42,624 bases of DNA from Clostridia bacterium (lineage in GTDB: Bacteria > Bacillota > Clostridia > Christensenellales > UBA1242), in the NCBI GenBank assembly GCA_017505165.1, contig JAFVPU010000217.1, positions 1 through 42,624 of the forward strand, given 5' to 3'. Position numbers and translations under genes: made by a program. The notes under the pieces were generated by a model. The model saw nothing but the letters and a program-made list of their open reading frames with translations. It was not told where the DNA came from and made no database searches. Positions 27,049 through 37,034 of this stretch are shown here, piece after piece (within the stretch, counting starts at the first letter, position 1; the number at the start of each line of letters is the position of its first letter).

Positions 27049-28089
27049 ATGAATAATTTCACACTTTTCGACACGTCCTTCGCTAAGGCGCGTTCATTGA
27101 CTTCTATGGCACAGCAAGCTGTACCATTTCTTATCAAAAACGGACCTTTGGTAATCGTGGAAGATATTCGAGATCTCGAATCAGTTAGAGTGTTTTCTTC
27201 TACTCCTCTCAGCAAATTGTTCCAGGACATAACAAATGCTGGAAAGTTGTCGAATTTCACATTCTTGAACCTATCAAGATTCAACAAAGATATTCCAGAA
27301 ATACTTGCATTGGACGATGTTGTTATAGACGCCAAGTTTATTCCAAACACTCCAGTGCCGGCACAGCTCCAGAAATGCTGGGTGAATATCACACCTATAA
27401 CGTCTATTAAGGACTCATACAATGGATCGTTAAATGTGTCAGATGCAGCGGCATTTGCAAGTATGATTGTTCGTGCTGCTATCGTGCAATCATACAACGA
27501 TTCTACATCTGCATGGTTAAATCCAAGACTAGCTACTGTTGTTATTGAAAGTTATGCAATGACAATTTCTCACGTACTTCGTCAAGCATTCACTCTTGGA
27601 TTTGAAGAAGAAAAATTTGTCCAGACTTTATTTGCTGCATACTTTGCACAGATGCTTGGAGATTCAAATGCTCCTCTTAAAGTTCCTCCGATGCTGATGA
27701 GATGTACCTTCCTTGGTTCTGCAGCCGACATCCTCGGACGACTTGAACAGATCGAACAGTACCGTGAGAATAGAGGAGAGGACATTCTTCATCCTATCAA
27801 GATCTGTAATATTCTCTCACAATGTGGTCCTGAACGCATGAAGAAGTTTGTTCCAACAATGTTGTACAGATTTATGAGTTCATCAAGCCTTGATAGCCAA
27901 ACGATGATGATCGCTGTTGACTACCCTGCTTACTGGGTGTTTCAGATGCTTCGTGTTGCTTCTGGTTATAAAAACCCTGTCATGAGCAATGTCATCAAAC
28001 TCAACACGAAAATGAAAACACAGTTAAATGGATTTGCTATGGAACTTCAGAGTTCTAACCAAATTCTTAATAAATTGAATAGAGGATGA
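27049..28089 (+). CDS. hypothetical protein (346 aa)
   Basis: I trimmed ORF track entry 27013-28089 to ATG 27049 (MNNFTLFD), which has AAAGGAG upstream. First gene of the long + strand block. Confidence 0.7.
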   Translation: MNNFTLFDTSFAKARSLTSMAQQAVPFLIKNGPLVIVEDIRDLESVRVFSSTPLSKLFQDITNAGKLSNFTFLNLSRFNKDIPEILALDDVVIDAKFIPNTPVPAQLQKCWVNITPITSIKDSYNGSLNVSDAAAFASMIVRAAIVQSYNDSTSAWLNPRLATVVIESYAMTISHVLRQAFTLGFEEEKFVQTLFAAYFAQMLGDSNAPLKVPPMLMRCTFLGSAADILGRLEQIEQYRENRGEDILHPIKICNILSQCGPERMKKFVPTMLYRFMSSSSLDSQTMMIAVDYPAYWVFQMLRVASGYKNPVMSNVIKLNTKMKTQLNGFAMELQSSNQILNKLNRG

Positions 28090-28090
28090 A

Positions 28091-31000
28091 ATGCTTACTA
28101 CAGTTGACACTGAAAAAGTGATGCACCAGACTATCTTCTCATATCTTTCAGAAAATGTCTGGAACAACCCGCTTATGGAGTGTCGCCGTAACATTGTCCC
28201 TATGCCATACAACAATGGATTTGCAGCAGTGAATACGGTAGATCTCGGATGCGCATCCGTAGATCTACCTTATAAATCAAATCTTACCACAAAGAAATCG
28301 TTCTATGTGTTTGCTGCAGCTAGCTGTTGCATGGGAGGACTTGTTATCGACACAGAACTCCCTTCTCTGAAAGAGTTGCTTTCAGAATACTACAATGATG
28401 GATGGCTCCCTCTGGATATATACCTTAATAATAGACCATTTGATCTGCGAATTCATGGCATGAATGGTGAATGGTTATACCGTCATGAAATTTACATCAG
28501 AAACCACCCATACCAAGATTTATTTTTGATTGCCGTTGAAGTCAAAATGGCCCAACGAATTCTGGGCAAAACTTACAACTTCAAAAATATCTGGTTGAGT
28601 GTTTATTATGACAGTGATAATGATCTCAACAACCTCTCATCTACATCAAAACATATTCAGTGTTTTCATCCACAAAACAACGATGAAACTGAACTAAACA
28701 AAGCTTATAATGCATATGCTGGTTTGTCTTCTGATATTATTGAAGGAACACATGTGTCTGAACGAGATCGTGTTATGTACTTTATTGATGGAAGGGAATC
28801 AGTTCCAGCATCGATGAGTGATATCACTTTTGGTCAATATATCGAAGTTGTGTATGATCCAGATATCATTTACAACGACATCCTCGATCTTACTGTAGTT
28901 GGAAAAAATAACATTTACAGAAGTCCAATTGATGATACGTACAAATATATTGTACACATACCTAAAGCTGTAAATCCGGAGAACTACATCATAACACATA
29001 ACACATGTGATATGTTTGTTCGTCCAACAAACACTGTTGTAAGTTCAGATGAACGTTTAAAAGGTTTGTTCCTACATCGTTTCAGCACATCATCTCGTCT
29101 AGACAACGGTCAACTTATCGACCACATGATCACTCAGATCACTCATAATGATTTTGGCATTAGTGAAAAACTCATCATGACAAGGTGTGAGAACATTCTT
29201 AACACTACAGAATTTGTTTTGAGAACTGTTGTTCGTCGTCACAACAAATCAAAAGTGCTAAGAGATGATGCAAACTTCATAAAGCTGTTGTACAACTTCA
29301 ACGATGATGATCAGATTCTAAAAATCCTAACAGGATATGGTGATCCGTCACTATACTTCTGGAAAGCAGAATATCTTGAGAAGACCAATTTCTCAAAAAT
29401 GCTTGTAAACCTTCCTGTTTTGACAGATCAATCAAATACTCAATACTACATGGATGCACTTGGGTATTTCAATTCTCTTTGTGTTGTTACACCTAGAGTT
29501 TTCCATGGAGTTGTATCTGACATAAACACTAGTACATTCCAAGTATCAATTCCTGTTAGTATGCTAGATTGTGATAGAATTGGTTTGCTCATCTATCTCA
29601 ACGGTGTTAAAGTTCCGAATAATGCATTCACTTATGATAGAGAATACCAATATCTCACTGTCCATCTTGGAAGTTCTGTTACACTGAAAACAAACGACAA
29701 AATCACGTTTGAATTGTTCGACGATGATGATCTCCGAGGTTTAATTGTAAACCCATCATCGGAAGAACCTTCAGTTGTGCTATATCAAGACATTGCATTC
29801 GATGTGTATGAAATCGTAGAAGAACTTCCTATTGAAGATTATTATACGAAAAACTACAACATCACACAACCAGAATCGTACAAAAAATTGGATCCAACAG
29901 AAGTGTTCCAGGGTGAACCGATTCATAATAAAGAAAACGACACATGGGCTTATGTTGTCGATACGTCTTACTATGGAAAGAAACTCCTTGTTCTTTCAAG
30001 AGTAGTATTTGCAAGATTCGATAATACTGCAATAGAAGAAGCAGGTGGCAATACAGTGTTTGGTGGCATTGATACGACATATGGAACCTGTACGGATTTG
30101 ATGCACAGTGGAATTCTCAAACTCCCGGTTCACCCAATGGTAGGTTATGAAAACAATGAAGTTTTCTATATACCTATTATTAATAAGGATTGGAATCCAA
30201 TAGTCTTTATGAACAATAAAGAACTCGTTGAAGATGTGGATTTCACATTCAAACCAGTGTATGGTCCATCTGGGGTAAAATCAATGGTGTGGTTTTTCAA
30301 TAATATCACATATTTGAAGAAGACAGATAACACATTTGAATTGTTTGTAACTTCTGATAACGAATTTACTAACCACAATGGATTCATGCACAATCGTTAC
30401 AGATATAATCTATCTTTAAATACAAAACACTTCAACTATGGAACAATTGAAGAGGTTACACCTTATATCTATTGGTTTGATAGACTTTGCGTCGGATCAA
30501 TCGATGGATTGAATAGACCAGATATTAAACAAGATCAGGGCTATCTTAAGGTGTTCAATGAGTGTCGTCAAGGTGGTCTCTATCAAACGAGAGGACTTGT
30601 TCCTATCACAACACATGAGTTTGTTGACAAATATCTTGACATCGATGATGATCTCAAAAAGCTCAATGCTATTACTGAATACAGAAAAGAAAATGCACCT
30701 GTACTTGAACCAGAAATAGAAGTTATTCCTTATTCACACCATATCGCATCGATAACGATGAATGCTGTTGTTAAGGATGTTCTTACTGGTAAGAAAACTT
30801 TAGCATATGAAAGTGATCCATTCATGATGCTTAAACAGCTCACGGAATATGAATCGCTTAAACAGTATGATGCTGCTATGTCTGGAATTGCCAAAGAACT
30901 GACAATAACTAAAGCTGGATACGTAAGAGCAAACAACACTTACAAACTCGAAAACGCTTCCATGACAGGTATCAATCGTAAGTGGATCAATAATGCAAAT

Positions 31001-31345
31001 AATATCATCATCTGGTGGAATTGTGAAGATGACAAACACCGTTGGGAAATTTCAGTTGTTGGTCTGCTAAGTAAAACCACATACTACTATGCTGATGACC
31101 CAACTGGCACAAAAGATCCTTGGGAACTTGAGTGGAAATATGCAGTAGACGCAAGTGGTGTTCCTATCGACACTAACCTGTCATTACCTGTTGTTGAATC
31201 AGGAAGCATTGATCTCAACTATCTCGATCTTTTTCCATCCTATAGTTCAGACCTTAAACAAGTCATGGATGATATAACGTTAAGACAAGCAATGCGTGCA
31301 TTGTTCCCAATTGATGATGTTAAAGATGGAGACACAGCGAGATGA
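28091..31345 (+). CDS. large hypothetical virion protein (1084 aa)
   Basis: ORF track. GAGGATG RBS. It starts 1 nt after the upstream stop. Confidence 0.75.
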   Translation: MLTTVDTEKVMHQTIFSYLSENVWNNPLMECRRNIVPMPYNNGFAAVNTVDLGCASVDLPYKSNLTTKKSFYVFAAASCCMGGLVIDTELPSLKELLSEYYNDGWLPLDIYLNNRPFDLRIHGMNGEWLYRHEIYIRNHPYQDLFLIAVEVKMAQRILGKTYNFKNIWLSVYYDSDNDLNNLSSTSKHIQCFHPQNNDETELNKAYNAYAGLSSDIIEGTHVSERDRVMYFIDGRESVPASMSDITFGQYIEVVYDPDIIYNDILDLTVVGKNNIYRSPIDDTYKYIVHIPKAVNPENYIITHNTCDMFVRPTNTVVSSDERLKGLFLHRFSTSSRLDNGQLIDHMITQITHNDFGISEKLIMTRCENILNTTEFVLRTVVRRHNKSKVLRDDANFIKLLYNFNDDDQILKILTGYGDPSLYFWKAEYLEKTNFSKMLVNLPVLTDQSNTQYYMDALGYFNSLCVVTPRVFHGVVSDINTSTFQVSIPVSMLDCDRIGLLIYLNGVKVPNNAFTYDREYQYLTVHLGSSVTLKTNDKITFELFDDDDLRGLIVNPSSEEPSVVLYQDIAFDVYEIVEELPIEDYYTKNYNITQPESYKKLDPTEVFQGEPIHNKENDTWAYVVDTSYYGKKLLVLSRVVFARFDNTAIEEAGGNTVFGGIDTTYGTCTDLMHSGILKLPVHPMVGYENNEVFYIPIINKDWNPIVFMNNKELVEDVDFTFKPVYGPSGVKSMVWFFNNITYLKKTDNTFELFVTSDNEFTNHNGFMHNRYRYNLSLNTKHFNYGTIEEVTPYIYWFDRLCVGSIDGLNRPDIKQDQGYLKVFNECRQGGLYQTRGLVPITTHEFVDKYLDIDDDLKKLNAITEYRKENAPVLEPEIEVIPYSHHIASITMNAVVKDVLTGKKTLAYESDPFMMLKQLTEYESLKQYDAAMSGIAKELTITKAGYVRANNTYKLENASMTGINRKWINNANNIIIWWNCEDDKHRWEISVVGLLSKTTYYYADDPTGTKDPWELEWKYAVDASGVPIDTNLSLPVVESGSIDLNYLDLFPSYSSDLKQVMDDITLRQAMRALFPIDDVKDGDTAR

Positions 31346-33093
31346 ATGTGAAATCAGTTCTATTCGGTGAGAGAGCCGCTGGTGTTTATCGTAAATCAGA
31401 AATATACGACCCAAAACTCGGAACAAGTCCAGAAGCCTCTGGTAAGATCGTTCCACAAGTTGGGTCACTTGTGATCGATGATACTGTCGGACTCCACAAT
31501 CAAATATATGTTGTCACAGCCGTAAATCAGCTGACATACGAATCAACCCTTATTCCTGCAACATTTGTTGTAGACGCAGAAGCGCAAGTTGATCGTGTTC
31601 TTTCCTATGGAAATGACATTTTCATGTTGTACTTCTCATCTGTTGTTAAAACTGTCAGTGGATCAAATATCAATCTCACCAGGTTGATTGTTGATAACAA
31701 ACTCAGTTTATTCGGAAAACATGCTGCTACTTATCAACTTATTCGTATTGATGATGACGGAAACGAACAAATCATCAGTAGAAAATACAGTGTTGGTAAT
31801 GCGAATGAACTTGTCCCAGAAGGAACAAGTATACCAATGTTAGACACTGGCGTTGAAGGTGTCCGTAAATGTGATGGATGTTACACTGATGTCACACTTG
31901 ATGAAGGTGAAGAAGTAAGATGTGATGTCTACACTGCTGGTGGTATTCTTATTTCACAGATCAGATTGATTGCCAAAAAGGCGCATCTGTTGAATGAAAC
32001 CATTGACACTTCCAATCCTATTATTGGAATGGAAATCAAAGGAACACAACAAACTGCAGAAGGAGATTTATATCTCTTCCAAGGTCAAAATGTGCGTGAA
32101 AATGCAATCTATGTCGATCTTAAATACAAAGATGGTTCATCACAGATTGTTGCCATCGATAACAGACGAGGCTTCTGTTATGGACTTGAAACTGTAACAT
32201 CTGGAATAGTTGGATCTGAATTTGAAATCACAGTTAAATACTATCTGTCAGACAGTGATGCAACTGGAGAGATCATTCAGGGTGGTGGTGATGTTGTATC
32301 AGATAACAGAACAAGATTCATCACTAAAACAGCAAAGATCAAAATCATCTCTGGAGCAAAAGACCTCATTTCAAAAATTTCTCCTATTCCAAAATGGAAT
32401 GTATCTACAGGAAAATGGGAATTAGATTTCTTACGCTACAGAGATTCAAGACTTCAGTCTCCTTATGCTGCAGAACATTCTTCCGATCCTGAATTTGTTA
32501 CAATCAGAGATTTCGATGGTGGTAAATTCTTGGAAGAACAAACTGTTACAGTAACTCACAGAGAAATCATAAACAATCTCGGTTCTATTGAGGAGAAAAC
32601 TCAAGCATTCATTATTGAACTTCGTGATAAGACAGATCCAGATACGGGTAACAACTTCTGGCTCATCAAAGACACAGTTGATGCTCCTGTATCTTACGGT
32701 GATTATACTAATGGACACCTTCGTCCAAGAATTGTGTATAGAGCTGGTTCTGGATACTTCATCCCTGATACTGTATTTGCTGAAAACACAACTCAATCAG
32801 CAGTTGAAGTATTTCTAGAAAACTTCTACACCAATGCTAATCCTCCGAAGAGATCTGATGAATCAATCGCGCCTACCCCAACACATTTCCGTGTGAAAAT
32901 GGCAGATGCAAATGGAACTCCTCTTACAAGAACAGCAATTCCTGTTGAAAACTTCGCAGACAATCTCAACATCATTACAGCTGGAAATCAAGAAAACTTC
33001 TTGCTTGGTAAGACTGTTGTTGTTGAATTTCTGAGAGAGATTGACAGTGCAACTTGTGAGTACTTGTATGGTGTTCCAGTTGATGTGATTTAA
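31342..33093 (+). CDS. hypothetical virion protein (583 aa)
   Basis: ORF track. ATGA overlap with the upstream gene. Confidence 0.75.
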   Translation: MNVKSVLFGERAAGVYRKSEIYDPKLGTSPEASGKIVPQVGSLVIDDTVGLHNQIYVVTAVNQLTYESTLIPATFVVDAEAQVDRVLSYGNDIFMLYFSSVVKTVSGSNINLTRLIVDNKLSLFGKHAATYQLIRIDDDGNEQIISRKYSVGNANELVPEGTSIPMLDTGVEGVRKCDGCYTDVTLDEGEEVRCDVYTAGGILISQIRLIAKKAHLLNETIDTSNPIIGMEIKGTQQTAEGDLYLFQGQNVRENAIYVDLKYKDGSSQIVAIDNRRGFCYGLETVTSGIVGSEFEITVKYYLSDSDATGEIIQGGGDVVSDNRTRFITKTAKIKIISGAKDLISKISPIPKWNVSTGKWELDFLRYRDSRLQSPYAAEHSSDPEFVTIRDFDGGKFLEEQTVTVTHREIINNLGSIEEKTQAFIIELRDKTDPDTGNNFWLIKDTVDAPVSYGDYTNGHLRPRIVYRAGSGYFIPDTVFAENTTQSAVEVFLENFYTNANPPKRSDESIAPTPTHFRVKMADANGTPLTRTAIPVENFADNLNIITAGNQENFLLGKTVVVEFLREIDSATCEYLYGVPVDVI

Positions 33094-33104
33094 CGACTTT
33101 ATCA

Positions 33105-33138
33105 ACACAGTAGGTGGTGATATCACCACCTACTGTGT
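33105..33138. terminator. 34-nt perfect palindrome H13
   Basis: acacagtaggtggtgat/atcaccacctactgtgt, centred on GATATC, 11 nt after the stop at 33093. The downstream U-tract is weak. Confidence 0.65.
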
Positions 33139-33194
33139 ATGCTTATATTCAGGCCATCGTATACGTATTATTATAACCCTCATTAGGAGGTATT

Positions 33195-34874
33195 ATGACG
33201 ACTATTGGAGTTATATTGAACAAACTTATGTCGTCCAAATGCATGTCAGTGGATGTTATCACATTCTCTGAATTTGAACTGTGTGCAGCATCGTATTCGG
33301 TTGCCACAATAGTGTTGCAATTGGATGATGACTCTTTTCTTTTTATAGATGCGCTAAAACTGTTTTCAGATCAACCTCTTACTCTTACAAATGGTGAAAC
33401 AACTACTCCTGTTTCATCATGGGAAGAATTTAACACCTATATTTCTGGCTTGGAAACAGATATACTTCAAAAATATCTTACTGTTTCTATTGTTCCAAGA
33501 TATTGGCAAAAAGAGAAGTGGACTGATGATAATGGTAAGATCAACTATAAATCAGAACTCACACCATTCTTCTCTAACACTGGTTCACAGTTAAGAATAA
33601 GAAGTATTGAAAATTCTTTTGGTTTTGATGTTCAGTACTGTGATCACAACAACTTTTATGAAAGACGAAATCTTGGTAGATCTTGGAACTATCCAGATAT
33701 TTCCATTATCAATACTGGTGCTGGTGATTCTATCAATTTACACAATTCAATTCCTATTGTAAATGGTGCTGTATTCTATCCAGAAGTAAGATTAAACGTA
33801 GAAACTGGTTATGAAGAACTTATAGCACACGAAGCTGGCAAATGGTTGATAACCAGTGATTGGAATCAAGCTAATGTCAAAACTGTTAAACACAACAAAA
33901 TACACCAAGACGACAAACTCGTTTTCGATATATACGAAGGCGGTGAAGAGTCAACAGAAAACGCATATTGCTATAACAAGAACATTATGTTGGTTGATTT
34001 CAGTCCTGTTGGTAACATTTCTATTATAAAACTCAGCGATTGTTTAAATGGAAAAATCGAACACGATTATAATGATATCGTTAACGATCCGATACCAACA
34101 ATAACTGATAAACGAACAAATATTCATACTGCTTACATCAAAGGTGACATTCATCACCCAAGATGTTCGTATTACACAATCACGTTTGATCTTCCAACTG
34201 GGACAGAGATTGGTATACCAATCGTTTGTATAGGTGGTAGATTGTTTTATCTACACGACGACAGTGAAATAAGAGTGTCTGATAACAAGATATCTCTTTC
34301 TGTGAAAATTGATAGAGCATTATTAAACAACATCATTTTGTCAAACTTACAATGGTTTGGAAAACAAAATCTCGACACAAGTATCGTTGAAGAGAAAGCA
34401 TTGTTTACACTAAATGAATTGTTCAAAGATACTGCTTACGGTAATGGTACTCCAGAAGATATAGCAAGACTGAGACATGAAGATAACTCTGTTCCATTCG
34501 TTATAATGTTACATACTGACAAAACACTTGTTTGTTCAAAATGTGAACCCATCATGACAATTGGTCCAGATAAGTTTCTCTTTCCTCCTAATGCAGGAGG
34601 TCTTCTTGTTAACAAACGAACACGAGAGATTGTTGATTATGTTCGTCAGTTCTATGCTTCAGGTACTCTTGTTGAAACCACATTACAACGTCCTATCAAT
34701 TACATAAACAAAGACATAAAACAGATCACAAGTGATTCTTTAGCTTTTGAATTTAACAATTACAGATCTAAATCAAAATATAAGAATTTCGATACCTTTG
34801 TAGAAGGTAGAAATATCAATGAATATGTTTTGATAGATTTTGCTTACACGGAGTCACCAAATGGATCTGAATAA
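33195..34874 (+). CDS. hypothetical protein (559 aa)
   Basis: ORF track. TAGGAGG RBS. Confidence 0.75.
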   Translation: MTTIGVILNKLMSSKCMSVDVITFSEFELCAASYSVATIVLQLDDDSFLFIDALKLFSDQPLTLTNGETTTPVSSWEEFNTYISGLETDILQKYLTVSIVPRYWQKEKWTDDNGKINYKSELTPFFSNTGSQLRIRSIENSFGFDVQYCDHNNFYERRNLGRSWNYPDISIINTGAGDSINLHNSIPIVNGAVFYPEVRLNVETGYEELIAHEAGKWLITSDWNQANVKTVKHNKIHQDDKLVFDIYEGGEESTENAYCYNKNIMLVDFSPVGNISIIKLSDCLNGKIEHDYNDIVNDPIPTITDKRTNIHTAYIKGDIHHPRCSYYTITFDLPTGTEIGIPIVCIGGRLFYLHDDSEIRVSDNKISLSVKIDRALLNNIILSNLQWFGKQNLDTSIVEEKALFTLNELFKDTAYGNGTPEDIARLRHEDNSVPFVIMLHTDKTLVCSKCEPIMTIGPDKFLFPPNAGGLLVNKRTREIVDYVRQFYASGTLVETTLQRPINYINKDIKQITSDSLAFEFNNYRSKSKYKNFDTFVEGRNINEYVLIDFAYTESPNGSE

Positions 34875-35535
34875 ACATCTTACTAAGAAAGGGAATCAAG
34901 TAATTGTCACAAAAGGACCAATCACGATTCTCATTCCTCGTTCGTACGAAAAATACAAACGTTTGACAGTTACCGACGAAGTTGATACATTAGCTATGTT
35001 TGAAATCACTATCGACGGAGAAACAAAAGGATTCTTTGCCAGTGCATCAGTTATTATGAAACCATCAACAGTTGAATATGTTACTGATTCTGGACAAGAA
35101 TATCTTAAGTGTACATTTACTGAAGGTGACATCTTCTTCAAAAGTACCTCTGTTGTTAAAAATTCAAACATCGCATATATCGTCTTCTCTGAATATATCG
35201 AAAAAGGCCAGATTCCTCGATTCATGAAATACGACGATCTTGCGTTCTTATTCGATACCGTCAAACGTCTTACAGGCTGTAGTATACCGGCAGAACATGC
35301 AACAATTGAAATGATCTACGCACACTTGTCCAGAAACAGGAACAATCTTAAAGTTCCTTATCGTCTAACCACGATGAACGAACCTCCTTTGTTTCTTAAA
35401 CTGAAAGATGTGCCTCATGCTGCAACTTCTACTACAGCCAAATTGATTGGATCTTATCTCAATGATTCAATTGCAACAAGTATGGTAAATGCTGCTGAAG
35501 ATCAATCTGATATTGAAGATCTTCTCAGACATTAA
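34861..35535 (+). CDS. hypothetical protein (224 aa) immediately upstream of the protease genes
   Basis: I trimmed ORF track entry 34840-35535 to ATG 34861 (MDLNKHLTKKG), which has ACGGAG upstream. It overlaps the upstream stop by 14 nt. Confidence 0.6.
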   Translation: MDLNKHLTKKGNQVIVTKGPITILIPRSYEKYKRLTVTDEVDTLAMFEITIDGETKGFFASASVIMKPSTVEYVTDSGQEYLKCTFTEGDIFFKSTSVVKNSNIAYIVFSEYIEKGQIPRFMKYDDLAFLFDTVKRLTGCSIPAEHATIEMIYAHLSRNRNNLKVPYRLTTMNEPPLFLKLKDVPHAATSTTAKLIGSYLNDSIATSMVNAAEDQSDIEDLLRH

Positions 35536-35547
35536 ATTGGAGTTAAT

Positions 35548-35751
35548 ATGGCAAATATTGCATTCGACATTTCTAGTGCGCTGTATGTTGAAGGTGCACA
35601 GAAAAATTTTCAACCAGATGAAAATGGTGTGTGGAAAGACTTTCCTGTTATGGTAATAGGAAAAGTAAGTCGCAACAACAAGGAGTATGAAGTAAACTCC
35701 ATGGTAGACGCTATCACCAATCCTGGTTCTATTTTTTATAAAAAACTTTAA
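35548..35751 (+). CDS. T4 gp21-like prohead protease, N-terminal fragment (67 aa) ending at an in-frame TAA
   Basis: TGGAG RBS. ...KVSRNNKEYEVNSMVDAI... resembles gp21 ...VVNRNKRLYPKRILEKAV... It is in the same frame as 35752-36333, separated from it only by TAA 35749-35751. Confidence 0.55.
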   Translation: MANIAFDISSALYVEGAQKNFQPDENGVWKDFPVMVIGKVSRNNKEYEVNSMVDAITNPGSIFYKKL

Positions 35752-36333
35752 ATGGGTCAGCTTCACGGAGAATACGGACATCCTCTCGTTCTTTGTGAAA
35801 AAGACCTTCCTCGCATTGCTGTTGTTGATCCAACAAAAGTATCACATGTTATTCACAGTGTGAGATGTGGTGAACCAACAGAAAAAGGTCATCGCATCGT
35901 CTATGCTGACATTGAACCATTTGGTCCATATGGCGAGTATCTTGAAAAATCTCTTCGTAATCCAAGAATCAACACAGCATTCTCTTTGAGAAGTTTGGTT
36001 TCTAAAATCGGAACTTCTGGAAACGTGATCAAACAGAGAGTTACAGCGCTTATCACGATTGATGCTGTAGACGCACCTGGTTACGCAGAAGCATCAAAAG
36101 TCCGTGTTCCTTCTATGGAAGGAATCAGTATCGATATTGAGCATCCTGAAGATCACCTAGAAGAGCTTGCTATGGCATGCGGATGTGAGTCCGTAGATGA
36201 TCAACAATTGCTTGATACTTTACAAGTCAATAAGGTTGAAATCAAACACAGTATCAATGGTATCGTCGATGTCAATGGTCGACTCATATCTACTTCAAAC
36301 GGAAAGAAATCACTCTTTCACGAGTTATTCTAA
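35752..36333 (+). CDS. T4 gp21-like prohead protease, catalytic portion (193 aa)
   Basis: GEYGHP ~ gp21 GELNHP; AFSLRSLVS ~ GVSSRGLGS; ITIDAVDAPGYAEA ~ VGVDAVWGPSAPDA (gp21 sequence recalled from memory). ATG 35752 has no Shine-Dalgarno and directly abuts the TAA of the upstream fragment. Confidence 0.6.
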   Translation: MGQLHGEYGHPLVLCEKDLPRIAVVDPTKVSHVIHSVRCGEPTEKGHRIVYADIEPFGPYGEYLEKSLRNPRINTAFSLRSLVSKIGTSGNVIKQRVTALITIDAVDAPGYAEASKVRVPSMEGISIDIEHPEDHLEELAMACGCESVDDQQLLDTLQVNKVEIKHSINGIVDVNGRLISTSNGKKSLFHELF

Positions 36334-36350
36334 TATAAAGGAGTAAACCA

Positions 36351-37034
36351 ATGTACGATTACGACGAATCAGAAGCATCGTTTTTCGACGAGCTTCAGGT
36401 AGCACCTCCAGTTGCACCAATTGAAAGTCCTGCTAACCCTGTAAATCCTAATGCACCAAAAGTGCCTGGGAATATTCCTATTGGATCTCCTATGGAGTCT
36501 GGGTTTGTAACAGTTATTCCTAATGGAGAACGTAAAAAGTATGTTTGCAATATCGACTGGTTTGTTGGAAAACCAGATCCGTACATGAACATCACACATA
36601 TTCTCTATACTGCTGAACCTGGTGACGAAGTTGTGTTCAATTTGTATTCTTATGGAGGTTCTGTTGAAACAGGATGCATGATCATCAATGCTATCAAGAA
36701 TACTAAAGCGACCGTTACAACAGTGGCGTTTGGATTGTGTGCATCTATCGCTGCTATGATCTGGTCATGTGGACACATACGTGAAGTTATGCCAACCGCT
36801 ACTATCATGTACCATATGCCATCTGGTATGGTTTTTGGTAAAACAGCAGATAATGAAGAAGAATCTCGTCATATCCAAGGATACTTCAGTGAATTCATGC
36901 GTGAAGTTACTAAAGGTATCCTAACTGAAGATGAACTTGATAAGATCATCAATAAACGTATGGATATGTTTATCCCTGCAGCAACTATTCAAGCAAGACT
37001 TGCTGTAACTAAAGAGGAGAATACAAATGAGTAA
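36351..37034 (+). CDS. ClpP-family (clan SK, S14-like) serine peptidase (227 aa)
   Basis: AAAGGAG RBS. VVFNLYSYGGSVETGCMIINAIKNTKATVTTVAFGLCASIAAMIWSCG...IMYHMPSG...KRMDMFIPA aligns with E. coli ClpP [43 protein letters not shown]...VMIHQPLG...RDRFLSA. Ser, His and Asp all fall at the expected positions. It has a Pro-rich N-terminal extension. Confidence 0.7.
   Translation: MYDYDESEASFFDELQVAPPVAPIESPANPVNPNAPKVPGNIPIGSPMESGFVTVIPNGERKKYVCNIDWFVGKPDPYMNITHILYTAEPGDEVVFNLYSYGGSVETGCMIINAIKNTKATVTTVAFGLCASIAAMIWSCGHIREVMPTATIMYHMPSGMVFGKTADNEEESRHIQGYFSEFMREVTKGILTEDELDKIINKRMDMFIPAATIQARLAVTKEENTNE

Noticed and set aside
26964-27497. A 177-aa minus-strand ORF spanning the sheath start and the first + strand gene.
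   Set aside because: It overlaps the RBS-supported gene 27049-28089 on the opposite strand and the divergent intergenic region. It has no RBS.
33137-33142. GTATGC upstream of several genes (750-755 +, 33137-33142 +, 20251-20256 -, 4589-4594 -) as a possible late-promoter or TSS motif.
   Set aside because: A 6-mer is expected many times by chance in 42 kb. It is absent upstream of the sheath, 11517c, 11718, 27049 and nrdD. It cannot be evaluated without 5'-end data.
35749-35751. Genome-wide stop-codon reassignment (TAA read as sense) as the explanation for the split protease.
   Set aside because: TAA is the commonest terminator of well-delimited genes in this window and is followed by hairpins or next-gene RBSs. 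TGA and TAG also terminate good ORFs. I saw no other same-frame ORF pairs separated by a single stop.
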